A stretch of DNA of 64,000 nucleotides from Eledone cirrhosa (Eukaryota), in NCBI GenBank assembly GCA_964016885.1, contig OZ024765.1, positions 14,942,001 through 15,006,000 on the forward strand, written 5' to 3'. Below, piece by piece: positions 57,733 to 64,000 of the stretch (the stretch's first letter is position 1; each line of letters opens with the position of its first letter). A model generated the notes under the pieces. The model made no database searches. It was given only the letters and a program-made list of their open reading frames with translations, and was not told where the DNA came from. Position numbers and translations under genes: made by a program.

Positions 57733-58276
57733 ATAGATAAATAAATAAATAAATACATACACAAGCACAATAACAACAAAAACACATATAAACACACACT
57801 AGTCACCCAATCACGAACACACATCAAACAAAACACTATACACACACGCAAACGCATGCGCAAAGAGGACAACATAAAATGAACAAACAAACAAATAGAT
57901 AAATAAATATATAGACAGACTAAATAAAAATGGCGTAGACATACAATGTAACGGGAGGAAACAATAGCACCACTGACGGTATTGCAGATGTGCAACGAAA
58001 GAACTTTGATAAACTATATATATGTGTTTGTGTCTATATTGTATGTGTATTATTTTTGACCGTCGGTCAGTCAATGGCAACATTGAGGACCGAATAAATT
58101 AGATTACCGATATAAAAGACACAGAAGCGAAAAGCGAAAACCAACCAAACAGTGAGTGTGTTCTGTTATTAATTCTGGCAATATTACACAAATATGACCC
58201 TCCCCAAGTATAACCATATTTGTTTCGACACACGATTTCATATAAAAAACCTCGCAAAAGTTATTCATCGCCGTTA
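57701..58276 (+). mobile_element. PLE family C 3' UTR, terminal repeat with HHR (57964-58017) and 3' tail
   Basis: ca CTGACGG tattgca-gatg-tgcaac GAAA gaac TT tg (A9G). Repeat ends aagtataac at 58214; tail runs on to ccgttata. Confidence 0.8.
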
Positions 58277-58346
58277 TAAATATATATGTATATATATTTA
58301 AAAAAATATATATATATATATATATAAGTATGCATGTATGTATATA

Positions 58347-58378
<32 letters not shown>

Positions 58379-58407
58379 AGTATGCATGTATGTATATATA
58401 ATTATAT

Positions 58408-58482
<75 letters not shown>

Positions 58483-58509
58483 AATATATAAATATATATA
58501 TATATAAAT

Positions 58510-58560
<51 letters not shown>

Positions 58561-58675
58561 AATATATAAATATATATATAAATATATATATATATATAAA
58601 TATATAAATATATATATAAATATATATATATATATAAATATATAAATATATATATATATAAATATATAAATATAT

Positions 58676-58800
<125 letters not shown>

Positions 58801-59219
58801 CAAGTATATATATTTGAAATAATACATTAAAAAGATATATTTCTTCTGAGAGTAGGAGAATAAAAGCCAAATTCAAAGATAAAACAAACAACCAAACAAA
58901 CAAACAAACAAACAAACACACAAACAAACAAACAAATAAATAAACAAGTAAATAAAAAAAAATCAATGAATAAATAAATCGTTTCATTTCCAAAGTTTAC
59001 CATTCGATAGCATATTGTAGAGAGATCGGTACAGAACTGTAACAATATCGAATTAGATGAGAATACTACTAAAGAAATATTAGGAAACATATTTTTCTAT
59101 AAAAAATATCATATATATATGTACATGTATGTGTGTATGTGTGAGTGTACGTGTGTGTGCATACATATATACATAGATACATATACGTCTACAACAATAT
59201 TTATACATGTATATATATA

Positions 59220-59316
<97 letters not shown>

Positions 59317-59403
59317 GTGTATATATATATATATATACATATGTCTATATATATATATATTTATACATATGTATATATATATACATATGTATATATATAT
59401 ATG

Positions 59404-59616
<213 letters not shown>

Positions 59617-59687
59617 GTGTATATATATATATATATACATATGTCTATATATATATATTTATACATATGTATATATATATACATATG

Positions 59688-59786
<99 letters not shown>

Positions 59787-60235
59787 TCATATATATATAT
59801 ATATATATAAGAAAACATATTTGAAGACAAGCGTAGCAACACATAAGATGACGGAAAAAATAAACGCCATCTTGTCAAAGCATTTGAGGTTTTGCTCTGA
59901 ACAACCTCGGAAACTAAAGGAAAAAGCATGGCGTTATATAGAGTATGCAGACATATTAAGGTTGTAGCAGGGTTGGCGTAGAGAGATTGATGTGGTGTGA
60001 TATCTCATTAGTAGGTATAAAGGATCGTCCATTGTCAAACGAAGGTGTCTATTTATCTATATCTCCCTATATCTATATCTACCTATATATATGAATGTAT
60101 GTGTATATATATAAATATATATATACATATATACACACACGTATATATATATATATGTATATATGTGTGTGTATATATTTATATATATATATATGTACAT
60201 ATGTGTGAGTATATATATACATTTATGTAAATATT

Positions 60236-60295
<60 letters not shown>

Positions 60296-60375
60296 AGTGT
60301 GTGTGTGTCTATGAATATTTTCATAAATGTATTTCCTTATCATTCATACCTATTTTATTTCTTCTCATCTGCGTT

Positions 60376-60873
<498 letters not shown>

Positions 60874-60994
60874 CATGTATATGTGTAGATATATAGATAT
60901 ACATACATATATATACATATATTCGCAGACGTGTATCTAAACATCGAATGCACACCGGGGTGAATCTACGGTCACTTAACGTTACACTCCCTAA

Positions 60995-61025
<31 letters not shown>

Positions 61026-61060
61026 CATACATACATACATACATATATACATACATACAT

Positions 61061-61149
<89 letters not shown>

Positions 61150-61153
61150 CTTA

Positions 61154-61187
<34 letters not shown>

Positions 61188-61191
61188 CATA

Positions 61192-61293
<102 letters not shown>

Positions 61294-61339
61294 CTTATAT
61301 ATATATATATACATACTTATATATATATATATATCTGTA

Positions 61340-61503
61340 TGCAAAACGCAAACAGAAATACAAACCCAACGACACAGTACAATGAAGAAATGTATTAGTT
61401 TTACACTTGATATAGTAGGAAAATAGTTTTAAGGTTTCGGCACCTCATCAGGAAAGAGAATGAGAAACTAAAGAAGAAACAGAACGATTGAGGAGAGTTG
61501 GCA
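61340..61503 (-). mobile_element. Family H terminus, second copy, with stem II collapsed
   Basis: Minus strand reads tttc CTGATGA ggtgcc GAAA cc TT aaaact. Confidence 0.55.
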
Positions 61504-61568
<65 letters not shown>

Positions 61569-61675
61569 GTACTGTAACAACATGCTGCTTCGTTCGTCTC
61601 TGGGTCAAAATCCTAAACACACACTTTTTTCTTTGCATGTTTCCTTAAAGTTTACCTTCTTTCCCTTGGTATACA

Positions 61676-61850
61676 ACTATTACGCAATGTACACCTGAAT
61701 ATGTCACGCAATGTACACCTGATGATATCACAGCCATTACGCAATGTACACCTGATGATGTCACGCAATGTACACCTGATGATATCACAGCTATTACGCA
61801 ATGTACACCTGATAATGTCACGCATTGTACACCTGATGATGTCACGCAAC
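61676..61850. repeat. Minisatellite of alternating 24 and 33 bp units (acgcaatgtacacctga..)
   Basis: About 6-7 units. Confidence 0.9.
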
Positions 61851-62175
61851 ATGGGTACTGAAATGTGCATAGTGTTTGCAGAAGTAAATATTTAAGGAAA
61901 TTCAATATATTTGGCCTCCTGTAATTCACTTTATAATACAAACGCATACACGCACACACACACACACTCGCACACACATACAAATGTATATATTTGGTGG
62001 AATCTCGTTATATATCGGGTGCTGTGTGGTAACAAATGGACTTAATACGTAAGTAGAATATAGAGGTCTTTATTATATTATAGTAATGATTTCTTCAGAG
62101 CTAGAAAAAAACACACACACACATAGAGGCATATATGTATATATGGTGTGTGTTTGTGTGTATATATGTGTGTGT

Positions 62176-62264
<89 letters not shown>

Positions 62265-62289
62265 TGTGTGTCTGGAGTTAAGACATTAA

Positions 62290-64000
62290 AAACAAAAACA
62301 AGAACTACAATAACAACACCAGCAACTATCAATAACAACAACAATATCAACACCAGCAGAAACACCACCACCACCAACAACACCAACATCAACAACACCA
62401 ACACCACTACCACTAACACCATCAATACTAACACTACCACCAACACCAACACAACTACAACCAACACCAACACAGCCACAACAAACGCCACCACCAACAC
62501 CACCACTACTAACACCACCACCAACACAACCACAAACAACACCACCATCACCAACACCACCACTACTAACACCACCATCAACACCAACACAACCACAACT
62601 AACACCACCACCAACACCAACACCAACCACAACCAACACAACCAACACCACCAACACCACCACTACTAACACCACCACCAACACCAACACCAACACAACC
62701 AACACCACCACTACTAACACCACCACCAACACCAACACAACCACAATCAACACCAACACCAACACAACCACAACCAACACCACCACTACTAACACCACCA
62801 CCAACACAACCAATACAACCACAACCAACACCACCACCACCACCAACACCAACACCAACACAACCAACACCACCACTACTAACACCACCACCAACACAAG
62901 CACAACCAACACCAACACCAACACCAACACAACCACAACCAACACCACCACTACTAACACCACCACCAACACAACCAATACAACCACAACCAACACCACC
63001 ACCACCACCAACACCACCACCAACACCAACACCAACACAACCAACACCACCACTACTAACACCACCACCAACACCAACACAACCACAAACAACACCAACA
63101 CCAACACAACCACAACCAACACCACCACTACTAACACCACCACCAACACCACCACTACTATCACCACGACCACCACCAACACTTCCAACACCAACACAAC
63201 CAACACCACCAATACTAATACCACCAACAACCACAACCAACACCACCACTACTAACACCACCACCAACACAACACAAACAACACCACCAACACCAACACC
63301 ACCACCACCAACACCAACACCAACACAACCACAAACCAACACCACCACCAACACCAACACCAACACAACCAACACAACCACAACCAACACCAACACCACC
63401 ACCAACACCAAGACCAACACCAACACAACCACCAACACCAACACCACCACCAACACCAACACAACCAACACAACCACAACCAACACCACCACCAACACCA
63501 CCACCAACACCAACACCAACACAACCAACACAACTACAACCAACACCACCACCAACACCAAGACCAACACAACCAACACAACCAACACCACCACCAACAC
63601 CAACACCAACACAACCAACACAACCACAACCAACACCACCACCAACACCACCACCAACACCAAGACCAACACCAACACCACCACCAACACAACCACAACC
63701 AACACCACCACCAACACCAACACCAACACAACCAACACAACCACAACCAACACCACCACCAACACCACCACCAACACCAAGACCAACACCAACACAACCA
63801 ACACAACCACCAACACCAACACCACCACCAACACAACCAACACAACCACAACCAACACCACCACCAACACCAACACCAACACAACCAACACAACCACACC
63901 CAACACCACCACCAACACCAAGACCAACACAACCAACACAACCAACACCACCACCAACACCAACACAACCAACACAACCACAACCAACACCACCACCAAC
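62290..64000. repeat. (ACC/AAC) compound minisatellite running off the window end
   Basis: Direct inspection. Confidence 0.92.

Noticed and set aside
61676-61850. Repeated CTGATGA suggesting tandem hammerheads
   Set aside because: No GAAA or stem II/III within the units.
62078-63999. Long Val/Leu, Thr/Asn and Trp/Cys ORFs
   Set aside because: Artefacts of the (ACC/AAC) minisatellite.

Overview
AT-rich, repeat-saturated eukaryotic DNA, intronic or intergenic. It is most likely from an octopod cephalopod, judged from two tRNA-derived SINE families I recognise from octopus genomes; this assignment is from recall, not a search. I found no convincing host protein-coding exon, and nearly all ORFs in the track are translations of (TA)n, (CA)n, (GGT)n or (GTT)n repeats. 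The window contains: (1) remnants of non-LTR retrotransposons, namely Tx1/L1 3' ends in (TATC)n, an RTE 3' fragment with a (GAT)n tail, and a Penelope-like element (PLE) fragment with a GIY-YIG endonuclease at 57059-57700; (2) three copies of a non-autonomous RTE derivative (about 600 bp full length; one copy truncated); (3) about 16 SINE copies; (4) a 4.3 kb satellite of 74 bp units fused to an RTE-like 5' region; (5) several compound minisatellites. The main signal is that the short 'unique' islands between (TA)n tracts are mostly termini of at least 10 PLE-type families. Together they carry roughly 20 intact, variant or decayed minimal hammerhead ribozyme (HHR) motifs. Many are fold-back insertions with both 3' ends facing outward into (TA)n, a family-specific fixed end on the short arm, and a centre in or next to the ribozyme. 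All structures were folded by eye; none has been tested for cleavage.
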